Notes: generated by a model from the sequence alone, not told the origin. Counted from the stretch's first letter, positions 1-10,988 are shown. The stretch: DNA of 64,000 nt from Nitrosopumilaceae archaeon (GCA_965208905.1 OZ242365.1:1472001-1536000); one strand, 5' to 3'. Program-made: numbers and translations.

Positions 1-603
1 GACCGAATTCCACCAAGGAAAGATCTCGAAATCTGGCAGAAAGATGCCAAAAATGAGATAGAAACATTGGAAAAAGACGGATTCACGCCTATAATGTCGG
101 ATGAAAGCCACCAAAATTTGAGCATGTTTGGCAGCGGCGCAGTCTATACACGCGGTGATGCCATACCGGTACAAACACCACTCGGCAACCAGCGCCAGAC
201 CATATACGGCGGCATCACGCTGGACGGGCAGACATGCTATATGGCCGCTAGCAAGGCCAACGACAGGTCCTTTATCCGGTATTTGAACAAGACGAAAAAA
301 CGGTTCGGCAAGGTTGCCGTAATACTGGACAATGCCGCATATCACAACTCTAGTCGTGTAAAGCGATACTTGAAAAAGAATAATAATTTCGTCAAACTGA
401 TATTCTTGCCTCCATACTCGCCGTTTTTAAATCCGGCCGAATGGTTATGGCTCAACGGCAAGGCAAGGATACGGCGAACTTTCAGGCGGCCGGCCAAAAG
501 ATATTTCCGAAGAAAAATCATGCTGATATACGAGTCACTGGAAATAAAGTTTGATCCGCGCAATATTCTGTTCAGAAATTTGGACAGAATCCTGCCGGTG
601 TAA
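1..603 (+). mobile_element. IS630-family transposase, C-terminal DDE part (frame open from the window start)
   Basis: MSDES, VILDNAAYH and LPPYSPFLNPAEWLW motifs of IS630/Tc1 DDE transposases; the frame is open from base 1. Confidence 0.85.
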
Positions 604-890
604 AACTGGTGTCGGGTTATTTATGCACCTAACTATATAGTTCGCTCCAAACACTCTATTCTCCATTTTATTTTTTTAATTTCCTCATCATAATTGTATG
701 GTATTACACCCATGTTTTACGCGCCTTTTTCTTGTTTGTATTTTTAAGGAATTAGTTGGACTGTTCAGTGTATGGCGCCTAGAGTGGAATATACGGTAGG
801 TCACAAACTTTCCAGTATACACCAGGTCACCATAACTTCCCAGTTCCTAATTTTTGGTATAGTTAAATACTAATTTTGTCACTACACAGT

Positions 891-1064
891 ATGCCAAAGT
901 GGCCACCCGGTGCTACCGAGTTTAATGTCTCGGTAATACCCAACGTTCGATGCAACACCAGCTACAGCTACATACCAAAGCCTGTACTCAGCAGACTCGG
1001 TAATCCCAGCGGGCTAAAGTTTGTCTTCGACGGAAAAGACATTGTTGTGCGCTCGCGCGACTAG
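891..1064 (+). CDS. Small AbrB/MazE-like (swapped-hairpin) DNA-binding protein, copy 1, 57 aa
   Basis: MPKW...EFNVSV...SYIPKPVLSRLGNPSGLKFVF; IPKP..LG signature; TTAAATA box ~27 nt upstream. Confidence 0.6.
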   Translation: MPKWPPGATEFNVSVIPNVRCNTSYSYIPKPVLSRLGNPSGLKFVFDGKDIVVRSRD

Positions 1065-1151
1065 CTGTATTGTGTATTTTTTATTGTTTTATGTAGTTCC
1101 GGGGGAACTAATTTTTGGTATGGTTAAATACTAATTTTGTCATTATACAAT

Positions 1152-1325
1152 ATGCCAAAGTGGCCACCCGGTGCTACCGAGTTTAATGTCTCGGTAATAC
1201 CCAACGTTCGATGCAACACCAGCTACAGCTACATACCAAAGCCTGTACTCAGCAGACTCGGTAATCCCAGCGGGCTAAAGTTTGTCTTCGACGGAAAAGA
1301 CATTGTTGTGCGCTCGCGCGACTAG
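1152..1325 (+). CDS. Small AbrB/MazE-like DNA-binding protein, copy 2 (identical protein)
   Basis: Same translation as 891-1064 from the ATG. Confidence 0.6.
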   Translation: MPKWPPGATEFNVSVIPNVRCNTSYSYIPKPVLSRLGNPSGLKFVFDGKDIVVRSRD

Positions 1326-1413
1326 CTGTATTGTGTATTTTTTATTGTTTTGTGTAGTTCCAAGGGGAACTAATTTTTAGCATAGATAAATACTAATTTT
1401 GTCATTATACAGT

Positions 1414-1482
1414 ATGCTAAAGTGGCCACCCGGTGCTACTAATTTTAATATCTCGGTAATGCCCAAGTTCAATACAACATAA
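1414..1482 (+). pseudogene. Truncated third copy of the AbrB-like gene
   Basis: MLKWPPGATNFNISVMPKFNTT* diverges and stops early. Confidence 0.7.
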
Positions 1483-1570
1483 CATACACTACATATTATA
1501 TCGTTGAATTTTATACAATTTTCTAATTTTGTGTAAAAAGTTTATTGCCGTGTAGCATTACCACTGTACG

Positions 1571-2398
1571 ATGACAAACGTACTACAGGTTGAGCACCTC
1601 TCAAAGACATTTATGCGAAAGAGTTTATTCAAGAAGGCAACAGTGGTAAAGGCAGTGGATGATGTCTCCTTTGATCTCGTGGAGGGCGAGGTCTTGGTCA
1701 TTGCTGGAGAGTCAGGGTCTGGCAAGTCGACCATTGCAAAGATGATACTAGGCGCCATAGAGGCAGACACAGGTACAGTAAAACTTGATAACAGTATAAT
1801 ATCGTATGATAAAGAGTCGCGACGCATGATACAAAAGAGCTGTCAGATGGTACACCAAGATCCGTATGACTCTATAAATCCACGCATGCGCATTCAAGAT
1901 ATTGTTACTGAATCGCTTCAGATACACCATATTGGAGATGCCCAGTCCAGAAAGAGGTTAGCAGCCGAAGCTCTACAAGACGTCAAGATGAACCCGGATG
2001 ATGTCATGCAAAAGTATCCACATATGCTCTCAGGAGGCCAAAGACAGAGAGTAGTACTAGCCCGGGCTTTGACTGTAAAACCGCGAATAATAATAGCCGA
2101 TGAGCCCGTATCCATGTTGGACGTATCCATAAGGGCTGAGATGTTAGAGTTGATGAGGGACCTGCAGCAAAAACGAAGCATCTCGTTCATATACATAACT
2201 CATGATTTAGCTACAGCCAGACACTTTGGAAACCGCATCATCATACTATACAAGGGAGCCATAGTAGAGCATGGTGAGATAAGTCAGACTCTAGATAACC
2301 CCCAGCATCCATACACACAAGCTCTAATCTCGGCCATATCCGAACCGGACCCAAACAATAGACTGCGCCAGCGTCAAGTCATGCAATGGAACGGCTAG
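1571..2398 (+). CDS. Oligopeptide/dipeptide ABC transporter ATP-binding subunit (OppF/DppF-like)
   Basis: GESGSGKS Walker A, LSGGQRQR signature, IIADEP Walker B, HPYTQALI C-terminal motif. Confidence 0.93.
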   Translation: MTNVLQVEHLSKTFMRKSLFKKATVVKAVDDVSFDLVEGEVLVIAGESGSGKSTIAKMILGAIEADTGTVKLDNSIISYDKESRRMIQKSCQMVHQDPYDSINPRMRIQDIVTESLQIHHIGDAQSRKRLAAEALQDVKMNPDDVMQKYPHMLSGGQRQRVVLARALTVKPRIIIADEPVSMLDVSIRAEMLELMRDLQQKRSISFIYITHDLATARHFGNRIIILYKGAIVEHGEISQTLDNPQHPYTQALISAISEPDPNNRLRQRQVMQWNG

Positions 2399-5300
2399 GT
2401 CGATACTGCGCGAGCATGACTGTCCCGGTATGATACCACCTGTGAAATACCGTTCTTGGGATATACACCATATATCAGCGAGGCCTTCTTGACGACAAAC
2501 TCCTTTAGTGACACCATTATGAACTGACTGTTCTGGGAGCGTTCATACAGTATGTTTGCCAACCTCTCGGCGTTGGTGGCATCAAGGTGCGCATCGGCCT
2601 CATCAAATATGTAAAATGGCGATGGTTTGAGTTTTTGCAGTGCCAGTACAAATACAATGGCAGTCAGCGTCTTTTCACCACCACTCAGGGATGTAGATAC
2701 GCGTTTCTGCTTATCGGGGAACTGTACCATGTATCGTATGCCGGATCCAAATATGTCATCCTCATCCTCCAACTCAAGCCAGGCGTTACCGCCAGACATA
2801 CTACCGAATATGGACCGTATCTCAGTATCTACAACATCAAATGCGTCAAGATAAGTCTGTCGTTTATCCTTCTCAACGCCTTCAATGAATGCAACTATCC
2901 TGTTGCGCTCCAGCTCTAGTTTGTTCTTTCGCTCGGACATGGAACGATACCCCACAGATACCGAAGCGTATGAGACCGGTGCATTAGCGTTAAGCGGTGG
3001 CAGGCCATCTAGTTCGGCGCGAATTTTAGATATAATCGGTTCAGTGTCCACATCTACAGGTATGCTAAAAGTGTTAGGGGGCAGCGTATCGGTAATACGG
3101 GTGTGTTGATTTTCATACTCTAATACGTCTCTGTCTAGTGAATCCTGTTGACGTCTTAGAGTTGAGAGCTCTTCGGTCAGTTGTTTGTCGCGTGCCCTTA
3201 GGGGCTCAAGTGTGTCATCGCATTCTTTTACATACTTTGCAAAGTCGCCAGATGTCTGTATTATCTCTTGTTCTTTTTGTCTAAGCGATACGGTGGTGTT
3301 TTGTTTGTTAGAGAGCTCGGCGCGTAGCGGTCCTAGAGACTCTTGAAGTTTTTTGCCTTCGCGTATCAGTTTCAGCTGTTTTTTTGCCAGTGATACGCCA
3401 TCATGTACCAGAGTCGTACTGCGGGATTGTAGTGTCTGCCACTCTGCTTTAATCTTGGAATATTTGGTGTCCACATCTGTCTTTAAAGCCTCAAACTCTG
3501 CCTTGCGGTCACTCAATACATTTAGTTTGGCTGCAATCTCTTTGGTCGCATCTATGGGAACCTGTTCTTCCTCAAACGCTATCAGTTCTTTGACACGGTC
3601 CACCAAGACAGACAGCCTGTCTGACTTTGTCTTTTGGTGTGGCATGGCATAATGGTACTTTTGCAGTCGAGTCGATATCTCAGTTATGATTTTTTTGGTA
3701 TGATCAATGTGAGAGTTCAGGTTATTCAGACTTTGATCCTCGGCAGCCTTGTTCTGTAGCATTTTGGAGAGATTAGAGTCATTCTGAGATATCCTATCAG
3801 ATATAGTAGTTAGTTTCCGGGCGTATCTGTCGCGCAGTCTCTTTAGATACTTTATGGACCTCTGTAAATCCTCTATACCCGAAGATACAGATATCATCTT
3901 TGAAAGGTTGGCGACCGCAGAGCCACCATCAAGTATCACTGAACTGTTATGCCCCACGTACTCTCCATTTAGCGTTACGGCGCGTCCTCCATTCTGCGCA
4001 ACCTTACGGGCTGATGAGAGTGATTCGCACAATATAGCATCACCAAATAAAAAGTTCTTTAGAGGTGTGAATCTATCCTCGCACTGTATATACTGAGACA
4101 GTGTATTACCTCGGTGGGATTGTATCTGTACTATTGCAGAGAGGGGCAGTATACGTACTCGGGGCAGTTTCATGTGTCGCACAACAGATGCCACACTCAA
4201 CATGGTGTCAACATCTTCCACTACCAAAGCCTTGAGCCAGTCGGCTCCAGTAGCCATAATGGCTCTCTCGTACTTTGGACCCCAAGAGAGCAGCTCATAG
4301 GCCAATCCCAATACTCCAAGCTCGGGAGCATCCACCCGCAGACGACCCACCGAATAATCCTCATGCATTACACGGCGAGCCAAGTGTAGCTTGGTGTCAT
4401 ATCGACTTGTCACCTGATCGGCCGAGATTGTAAGTGCATCAATATCAGATATATTTTGTTTGAGGTTGTCGTGTTTCTTGTTTAATTCTTTTAATCTGTC
4501 TTGTGTACGTCTGATTCTAGAGTTGTTTTGGTCTATCCACAGTCTCAGACTGTCCCGGGCAGATATCATATCTGGCATACTCTGCTTTAGTTTATCCAGC
4601 CGTGCGTTGTCCAGTTGAGCCCTTTTGGTATAATCATTTATTGATGCAGATGCATCGTACAGAGCACGTTCATGTGTACTCAGTGTACCACGATACAACT
4701 TTAGCACACCCTCGGAGCGTGCCTTCTTTGAGGCCGCCTCGGACTGCCAGGCTAAAACGTCGGCGAGTCTTTGGTCTATATCATTTAGTTTATCTATTAT
4801 GGTCCCTTGCTGTTGATACAAAATAGCCATTGTATCATGAGTTGTTTGCATACTTTGACGTAAATCATAACGAGACGATATGACATCAGATATGCCTGTA
4901 CGTGTATCATGTAGGCTTTTTGTGTTGGATTTTATCTGGGATTCGGTGAGCTTTACTTTTAGTTCCACGTTTTGGGCCTCATTGACTGCCAGGCTCACCG
5001 CCGCAGCTATATCTGCCCGATTCTTTCTGTATGTGTCATCGTTGCCCAGATGCGTCTTTTTTTGCGCAGTTATGCGCTTAATCTCCTCTTGTATGTTGGA
5101 TTGTTCGGATGTGATATCTTTCATCTTGCCAGATAGTATGGCGGACTTTTGTGTGGCAGAGTCAATCTTGTCTTGCAGTGACCGTAGTCTTTGTAGTGAC
5201 TGGATTGTGGTGTAGTGTGTCAGTTCTTGATGTAGTATTTTAGATCGTATGATCTGATTTCGTTCTTCTTCCATCTCAAGTATACGGTCCTTGGTATCAT

Positions 5301-5892
5301 CCATCTTGGCCAATGCCACCTCTAAGCGTCGGTCAGCCTGTTCCAGCTGGGACTCAGCGGCGCTCTTCTTTTCATCAAAGTATGACAGGCCCACCAAGTC
5401 TTCGATCGTCTTTTGTCTCTCATCAGGACTCAGCTCAGATATTCGTTGTATGTAGCCTTGCTGTACATGATTGAATGCATTTGGGCTGGCATTGGCCACA
5501 TCTAGTATGTCTCTAATGCGACTTCGGGTGGTCTTTTGTTTGTTCATGTAGTAGGCGCTCTCACCATCCCCGTTGATGATTCGTGTTATTATCACCTTGT
5601 CAGAGTCCACCGGAATGCTTCTGTCAGTATTGTCTAGATGGACACTAGCTCTTGCCACCCGCGTACTGGTCCGGGAGCCTTCTTGGTCATTTACAACGGA
5701 CTTCATTGATGGTACACGCAGTACTCTTGGACTCTTTTCGCCCAAGGCAAAGACTATGGCATCCAGAATGCTGCTCTTTCCTGAACCGTTTGGGCCAGAT
5801 ATTGATACAAGTCCTGGTGACAGTTTCAATACAGTATTTTTAAAGCCAAACGATTTGAAGCCGTACAATTCGACCTTATCCATGTGAACCAT
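2395..5892 (-). CDS. smc: Chromosome segregation protein SMC
   Basis: GFKSF, GPNGSGKS, long coiled coils, hinge (GVLG...GRAVTLNG), LSGGEK, PFYIFDEADAHLD. Confidence 0.95.
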   Translation of the reverse strand: MVHMDKVELYGFKSFGFKNTVLKLSPGLVSISGPNGSGKSSILDAIVFALGEKSPRVLRVPSMKSVVNDQEGSRTSTRVARASVHLDNTDRSIPVDSDKVIITRIINGDGESAYYMNKQKTTRSRIRDILDVANASPNAFNHVQQGYIQRISELSPDERQKTIEDLVGLSYFDEKKSAAESQLEQADRRLEVALAKMDDTKDRILEMEEERNQIIRSKILHQELTHYTTIQSLQRLRSLQDKIDSATQKSAILSGKMKDITSEQSNIQEEIKRITAQKKTHLGNDDTYRKNRADIAAAVSLAVNEAQNVELKVKLTESQIKSNTKSLHDTRTGISDVISSRYDLRQSMQTTHDTMAILYQQQGTIIDKLNDIDQRLADVLAWQSEAASKKARSEGVLKLYRGTLSTHERALYDASASINDYTKRAQLDNARLDKLKQSMPDMISARDSLRLWIDQNNSRIRRTQDRLKELNKKHDNLKQNISDIDALTISADQVTSRYDTKLHLARRVMHEDYSVGRLRVDAPELGVLGLAYELLSWGPKYERAIMATGADWLKALVVEDVDTMLSVASVVRHMKLPRVRILPLSAIVQIQSHRGNTLSQYIQCEDRFTPLKNFLFGDAILCESLSSARKVAQNGGRAVTLNGEYVGHNSSVILDGGSAVANLSKMISVSSGIEDLQRSIKYLKRLRDRYARKLTTISDRISQNDSNLSKMLQNKAAEDQSLNNLNSHIDHTKKIITEISTRLQKYHYAMPHQKTKSDRLSVLVDRVKELIAFEEEQVPIDATKEIAAKLNVLSDRKAEFEALKTDVDTKYSKIKAEWQTLQSRSTTLVHDGVSLAKKQLKLIREGKKLQESLGPLRAELSNKQNTTVSLRQKEQEIIQTSGDFAKYVKECDDTLEPLRARDKQLTEELSTLRRQQDSLDRDVLEYENQHTRITDTLPPNTFSIPVDVDTEPIISKIRAELDGLPPLNANAPVSYASVSVGYRSMSERKNKLELERNRIVAFIEGVEKDKRQTYLDAFDVVDTEIRSIFGSMSGGNAWLELEDEDDIFGSGIRYMVQFPDKQKRVSTSLSGGEKTLTAIVFVLALQKLKPSPFYIFDEADAHLDATNAERLANILYERSQNSQFIMVSLKEFVVKKASLIYGVYPKNGISQVVSYRDSHARAVST

Positions 5893-6038
5893 TCTACACT
5901 ATTACAATAACAAAACTAGTATATTAGACATTAACAGTATTTGGTTGTATCATGTATGGTATTGTGTAGATGTTTTAGTTGGAGTGTCATATGGTATAAT
6001 CAAAAGCCTGCTATATACAGCATTAAAGATATTTGTGA

Positions 6039-7148
6039 CTAGAGTGTATCATCATGTGATACGCCTACAAAGTCCTCACATGCCTTCTTGGCATCAGGGT
6101 CTGACATCTGCTGTATGGGGTGTTTCATTAGATATGCACTGGCCGGGACTATCGGACCTCCAACTCCTCGATTCAAGGCTATCTTGGCAAGGCGTATTGC
6201 ATCAATCACTATTCCGGCCGAGTTTGCCTTGTCATCCACATCAAGGCGCACCTCCATGTTGTATGGTATGTTTGCCCACTGGCGACCCTCTATGCGCATG
6301 AACATCAACTTTGTATTGCCCAGGAATGGTATAAAGTCAGACGGCCCTACGTATATGTCATCATCATCCAGGCGCTCATCCAGCTGGCTTTGGACACTCT
6401 CGGTCTTTGATATCTTTTTGGAGACTAATCTATCCTGCTCTTTCATGTTCAGAAAGTCGGTGTTACCGCCCACATTGATTTGGTATGTCCGGGTTATCTT
6501 TGTCCCCCTATCATTGCAGAGTCGTGCCAGGGTCCTGTGGACTATTGTAGCGCCCACCTGGCCCTTTATGTCATCTCCTATTACAGGGATGTTCTTCTCC
6601 TGAAACTTTGCCGCCCATGTATTATCAGATGCTATAAACGAGGGTATGCAGTTTACAAACGCCACATCAGCATCAAGACATATCTGAGCCCAGAACTTTG
6701 TCGCCTCATCAGAGCCCACAGGCAGATATGACACTATAATCTCTGTGTTGGTCTCTTTTAGTATCTGTAATATTTCATCACGTAGTTGTTCGATGGTCTT
6801 GTCAGAGGATATGGGCTTGATACGGTTGGCTACCCATATTCCGACACCATCTAGTGCGGGACTCTCATATATCAGAGCATCTGTTTTAGGCATGGTATCT
6901 TTGTCAATCCAGTCCACCATGTTGGGGTACGCGTATATGGCCTCATTGATGGTGCGTCCCACCTTGTTCTCACCCACATCAAAACCACAGACAAAGTCAA
7001 TGTCATGTATGCCATATCCCGCTAGTTTGGGATGTATTATGCCGATTACCTGCTGGTCCTGGTTGCGCCTATAGTATTCGATACCCTGTATCAGACCAGA
7101 GAAGCAGTTTCCTATGCCCACAAGTCCAACTCGAATTCGCTCTGACAA
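6039..7148 (-). CDS. ino1: Myo-inositol-1-phosphate synthase
   Basis: VGIGNC Rossmann motif, YLPVGS, IGDDIKGQVGAT, GGNTDFLNM, SKKISKT. Confidence 0.95.
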   Translation of the reverse strand: MSERIRVGLVGIGNCFSGLIQGIEYYRRNQDQQVIGIIHPKLAGYGIHDIDFVCGFDVGENKVGRTINEAIYAYPNMVDWIDKDTMPKTDALIYESPALDGVGIWVANRIKPISSDKTIEQLRDEILQILKETNTEIIVSYLPVGSDEATKFWAQICLDADVAFVNCIPSFIASDNTWAAKFQEKNIPVIGDDIKGQVGATIVHRTLARLCNDRGTKITRTYQINVGGNTDFLNMKEQDRLVSKKISKTESVQSQLDERLDDDDIYVGPSDFIPFLGNTKLMFMRIEGRQWANIPYNMEVRLDVDDKANSAGIVIDAIRLAKIALNRGVGGPIVPASAYLMKHPIQQMSDPDAKKACEDFVGVSHDDTL

Positions 7149-7249
7149 TTACTATGTATCTTCGGGCTCCCGTTTATAGGTTTAATTCTGGGATGTTCTG
7201 TTGCATCTTCGGAATCTTGGGGTCGGGGAGAATACGATGTTGATACAAG

Positions 7250-7645
7250 TCATGGTGCCCGGTATCCCATTTTCAACATCAGCTCGCCAACAGTCTTTGC
7301 AACGCGGGAACACATAGATTTTACTGAATTTGGGTCCAAATTGGACTCGTAGAAATTCCGATGTAGTGTGCTTGCGGATGAAAAGGAATTAGAAATTTCT
7401 TTGTTGTGTTCCTGTTTGGATAACATTTCGGCAAACGTTCCTAGTTCTCGATGGCTATTGATATCTTTCTTCTTTTTTGCAGCAACAGCTTTGAGGGCGC
7501 AGGACATAGTACCCCACATCATCTCGCTGGCTTTGTGGTAATCCTTTGACTTTAGATATTTTTCTGCATTATGGCTATAGTGCAAAACCATGCTTGCGTA
7601 CTTGTCCGCCGCGCTTTTCGCGGCATCAATTCGGGCAGACACCAT
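7250..7645 (-). CDS. PaREP1-family (HEPN-like) protein
   Basis: AEKYL..DY.KASEMMW...ALKAVA...SH and LHRNFYE motifs. Confidence 0.75.
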   Translation of the reverse strand: MVSARIDAAKSAADKYASMVLHYSHNAEKYLKSKDYHKASEMMWGTMSCALKAVAAKKKKDINSHRELGTFAEMLSKQEHNKEISNSFSSASTLHRNFYESNLDPNSVKSMCSRVAKTVGELMLKMGYRAP

Positions 7646-7868
7646 TAATCATCCTCATCTATGTCATCCACATCTATGTTGGCATATCCGATAATCTTTC
7701 CAGAGCTTGCATTAACTTTTATCTCTTTTAGATGCTGGCTCAAAAAACCAACATCAAATACAAGATGCCACCATGCAGACTTGAGGACTCTAGATTCATT
7801 GTGTCGTGACGCCCCTCGAGAAATTCCTCTGCCTTTTGTATTGCGTCTTCCATGTCATACTCTGTCAT
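7645..7868 (-). pseudogene. Frameshifted small acidic PepSY-like protein, coupled to the PaREP1 gene
   Basis: MTEYDMEDAIQKAEEFLEG... continues in another frame as WHLVFDVG...EIKVNASSGKIIGY...DDIDEDD*; its TAA overlaps the PaREP1 ATG (TAATG). Confidence 0.55.
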
Positions 7869-8151
7869 AAGTTAAACCGTATGATCATGTGATAAATCCT
7901 TTGCGCAGATAGGTTACTTTGCAAGGGTGGGTGGAGAGTCAAGAAGATTGCCTCTACGATCTTAAATAGTCCATCTGATCAGGACAGGTATGGGACGCAG
8001 GAAACCCCGGAAAGGTAGGGCATCAGAGCAGTGTATAACGCGCCTGGGCTCTACATCTAGGTACTTTGGTCCAAGATATGTCGTTGTAGAGTGCACGTGA
8101 GCGCATACACCAAGTTCATAGTCTTGCCATCCAAGAGTATCATTTCATACA

Positions 8152-9252
8152 TCAAGATAGCAGTTTAGCCAGCAATGAATCAAACTCAGACTCATCCAAT
8201 GGTGGCAATTTCATCACTTCTAGATTCTCATCTACGTGATCAGGGCTTTTGTGACCCGCCAGGGGGGCCAGTACTCCAGGAGTTGATCTTATAAACTGCA
8301 GGGATCTAACACTGGGTTTGCCGTATCCAAAGTCTGGCAGTACGCCCGGAGATAGTAGTTTTCCCTGCATGAATGGCACGCTGGTAAAGACACCCACATT
8401 CAGTGTTTTAACTGCCTGCAGGAATGGAACCATATTACCTTGGACTGTCTGTGTGGGGGTGCGCAGTGCTTGATCAAAATACATGTTATATGGCAGTTGT
8501 ACAAATCGTAGACCATGGTTTTTTCCGCCTACTTTTGTTGCCATCTCTAAAATCGACTCTAAATTAAGATAGTTTGGGTCTTTGGAGTCTACACGAAAAC
8601 TCTCCCAAGTTGCCAAGCCATAGTATCGTATGCGGCCCTCTGCACGCTGTGTCTCATACCACTCCATTATACTCAACAGTTGACGCATTATATCTTCCCG
8701 CGCAACATCCTGATGTTGGCTCTCCATCAGGTTATGCAAGTACAGCAGGTCTATACAGTCAACATCAAGATTTTTGAGGCTACTACACAATTGACTCTCC
8801 AAAAACGATATCTCCATGCAGTGATATTGGGAAGATATACCGTTTTCGTGTATTATGCCCTTGTTGGTGTACTGCTGCTTTACATATTGCCAAAAATCCA
8901 TCTGTACATCAGCATCATTTGTCACATAGCCACCCTTTGTGCAGACAAATACCGAGTCTCTAGATAGGGCATCATCCTCATCTAGACTATGCAAGGCTTT
9001 ACCCAATGCTCTCTCGGCCTTTTGAGATCTATAGTTTATGGCAGTATCAAAGACATTCACACCCGCAGAGACAGAGTCCTTAACGGCCTGTATCACCATC
9101 TTGTCGGTGGCATCATCAGCATCACCAAGATACATTCCCATCCCTACGTTTGATAGGTACATGTCATCAAATTTGACGTAGTTGGAGATATGGCGAGCGT
9201 GTCTCTGTACAAATCTTTGTGTTCCCGCCATGGTGGCATATCCTCTCAGCAT
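8152..9252 (-). CDS. Aldo/keto reductase family oxidoreductase (start placed at MLRGYAT)
   Basis: GMGMY, FDTAINY, CTKGG, IDLLYLHN, VQLPYN motifs. Confidence 0.9.
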   Translation of the reverse strand: MLRGYATMAGTQRFVQRHARHISNYVKFDDMYLSNVGMGMYLGDADDATDKMVIQAVKDSVSAGVNVFDTAINYRSQKAERALGKALHSLDEDDALSRDSVFVCTKGGYVTNDADVQMDFWQYVKQQYTNKGIIHENGISSQYHCMEISFLESQLCSSLKNLDVDCIDLLYLHNLMESQHQDVAREDIMRQLLSIMEWYETQRAEGRIRYYGLATWESFRVDSKDPNYLNLESILEMATKVGGKNHGLRFVQLPYNMYFDQALRTPTQTVQGNMVPFLQAVKTLNVGVFTSVPFMQGKLLSPGVLPDFGYGKPSVRSLQFIRSTPGVLAPLAGHKSPDHVDENLEVMKLPPLDESEFDSLLAKLLS

Positions 9253-9452
9253 TATACGATACAGATTATACACCATACATAAGCGTTTGAGGAATAGTAT
9301 ACAGTTTGAGATTGTCAATGATTTTGTATCGTATGGGGCAAGTCAGGTTTGCTACACAGGTACACATCATTGGCATGTGTTAGTTGTAAGAGACTAGTAG
9401 AATTTCAAGTTGTATGTGCAAGGATTGATCAAGGTGCACGTAAGATACTTGG

Positions 9453-10498
9453 TGTATTATGTCGAAATTATTTCGCCTAGTCATCGGTGTCCCTCTCCAT
9501 CCATTCTAAGTCACTCTTCCTGACATCATCTGGTACTTTTTTGTTGTGAAATGCCTGTAGCGGGGTCTCGCCATTGTTTATGTCTAAAGACCAGTGCAGT
9601 CGCACCTCGTTGTAGTACGCGACAAACTCCGCTAGGCTGCCAAAATGACATAGTTCTTCTTCCAAGGTGCGGTGGAACCGTTCAAGCTTGCCGTTTGTTT
9701 GTGGGTGGTAGGGGCGGGTGTTGATCAACTCAATACCCCGGTCAAGCAGCTCTGCCTCAAATATAGTGGGGGTCCATGATTTTGCAGGAATCTTTCTTCT
9801 CACACCCACAAAGCACGATCCGTTGTCGGAGAGTATGGTGGCCGGGGTTCCAAACTCAACAATGCTATTTTGCAGGACTGTTACCGCGTTCTCGGATGTG
9901 GCCCCCTTGAATATCATGGCTCCAACCACACATCTTGACGCATCATCAAGATATGTGATTAATTGGTAGCCTTGAAAACGTGGATCTTTCATCGCATGCC
10001 AGTCCGTATGCCACATCGCATTGGAGTATCTGCGCTCATAGCGTATCCATTTACGCCTGCGCGATTTTGCTGCAGATAGAGTGACCATATTGTTTTCTTT
10101 CATGATTGTGTATACCGTTTTTTCACTTATTTGTATGCCCTTGTGATTTAAGTACTTGGTGATCCTTGTGACGCCTGCTGGCATTATACGATGTGCTGCT
10201 AGTACGACGTTGGTTTGCTCCTCGGTGGGAGGAATCTTGGGTCTGCCTGGCATTTGTAGTGTGGGAATCTTGCCCGTTGCACGATACATTGCCCAGAGTT
10301 GTTGTACGCGTCTCTGGCTAATCTTCATCTCTGTAGCAATGTGTGATGTACTACTACCTTTCCTGCATTGTCGAATGATATAATCTATCTGCTTCTGTGT
10401 CAGATTGACTCTCATGGGTTTGCGTGATCTATATAGACTAAAATATTCTTTGGTTGGCAGTCTAAAGTTAGGGCGAACTAATTTCCGCACAATAGACA
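9453..10498 (-). mobile_element. IS481-family insertion sequence with intact transposase (about 9477-10415)
   Basis: TGT...ACA ends with imperfect IRs; flanking direct repeat CGTAAGATACTTGG (9439-9452, 10499-10512); WHTD, LDDASR, LSDNG, PYHPQTNGKLERFH motifs. Confidence 0.92.
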
Positions 10499-10601
10499 CG
10501 TAAGATACTTGGGCATACGCTCACACCAACTTTATGATATGTAATATATGCAAGTAGAATACCTGCGAATAACCACATAGTTAGTGTTATATGGGATTTA
10601 A

Positions 10602-10988
10602 TTGCCCGGCAAAATGGTGAGCAGTGCAAAATTGCTAAGGATGGTAGAAGAGATAATAGCTCTTGATACAAACATGCGTTTTGCTGCAATCATAGATTTG
10701 AAGGGAAACATACGTGAGGCCATCATGAAGTCTGGTAAAACCAGCCTAAAGTCCCAGAGAGAAGAAGAGCATTTTTGCAAGCAGGTTGCGCAACGCCGAC
10801 AGATGAGAAAGGATTTTGATTCAAGTCTAGGCAAGGTACGATATGTACACGTTGAACGTGAAAAGGTCTCCCAGATGGTAGTGTATACTCCCAAAAACAC
10901 CATATACTTTACAATGGAGCCCGAGCTAGCTGTAGAGGAAAAGATCAAACTGATAACAAAGATAAAGACAATGGTCAGTGCCTTATAG
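10602..10988 (+). CDS. Conserved thaumarchaeal roadblock/profilin-like protein (DUF6659-like)
   Basis: MRFAAIIDLKGN...RKDFDSSLGKVRYVHVEREKV pattern. Confidence 0.7.
   Translation: MPGKMVSSAKLLRMVEEIIALDTNMRFAAIIDLKGNIREAIMKSGKTSLKSQREEEHFCKQVAQRRQMRKDFDSSLGKVRYVHVEREKVSQMVVYTPKNTIYFTMEPELAVEEKIKLITKIKTMVSAL

Larger units (their letters stand above)
848..1482 (+). repeat. Tandem repeat of a ~261-bp unit (two near-identical copies plus a degenerate partial third)
   Basis: Sequence from ~848 recurs at ~1109 and ~1370; unit junctions carry TAGTTCC-N3/4-GGAACTA inverted repeats. Confidence 0.95.

Noticed and set aside
2395-5892. SMC as a Wadjet/JetC-type defence protein
   Set aside because: Canonical hinge-containing SMC among housekeeping genes, with no jetABD neighbours
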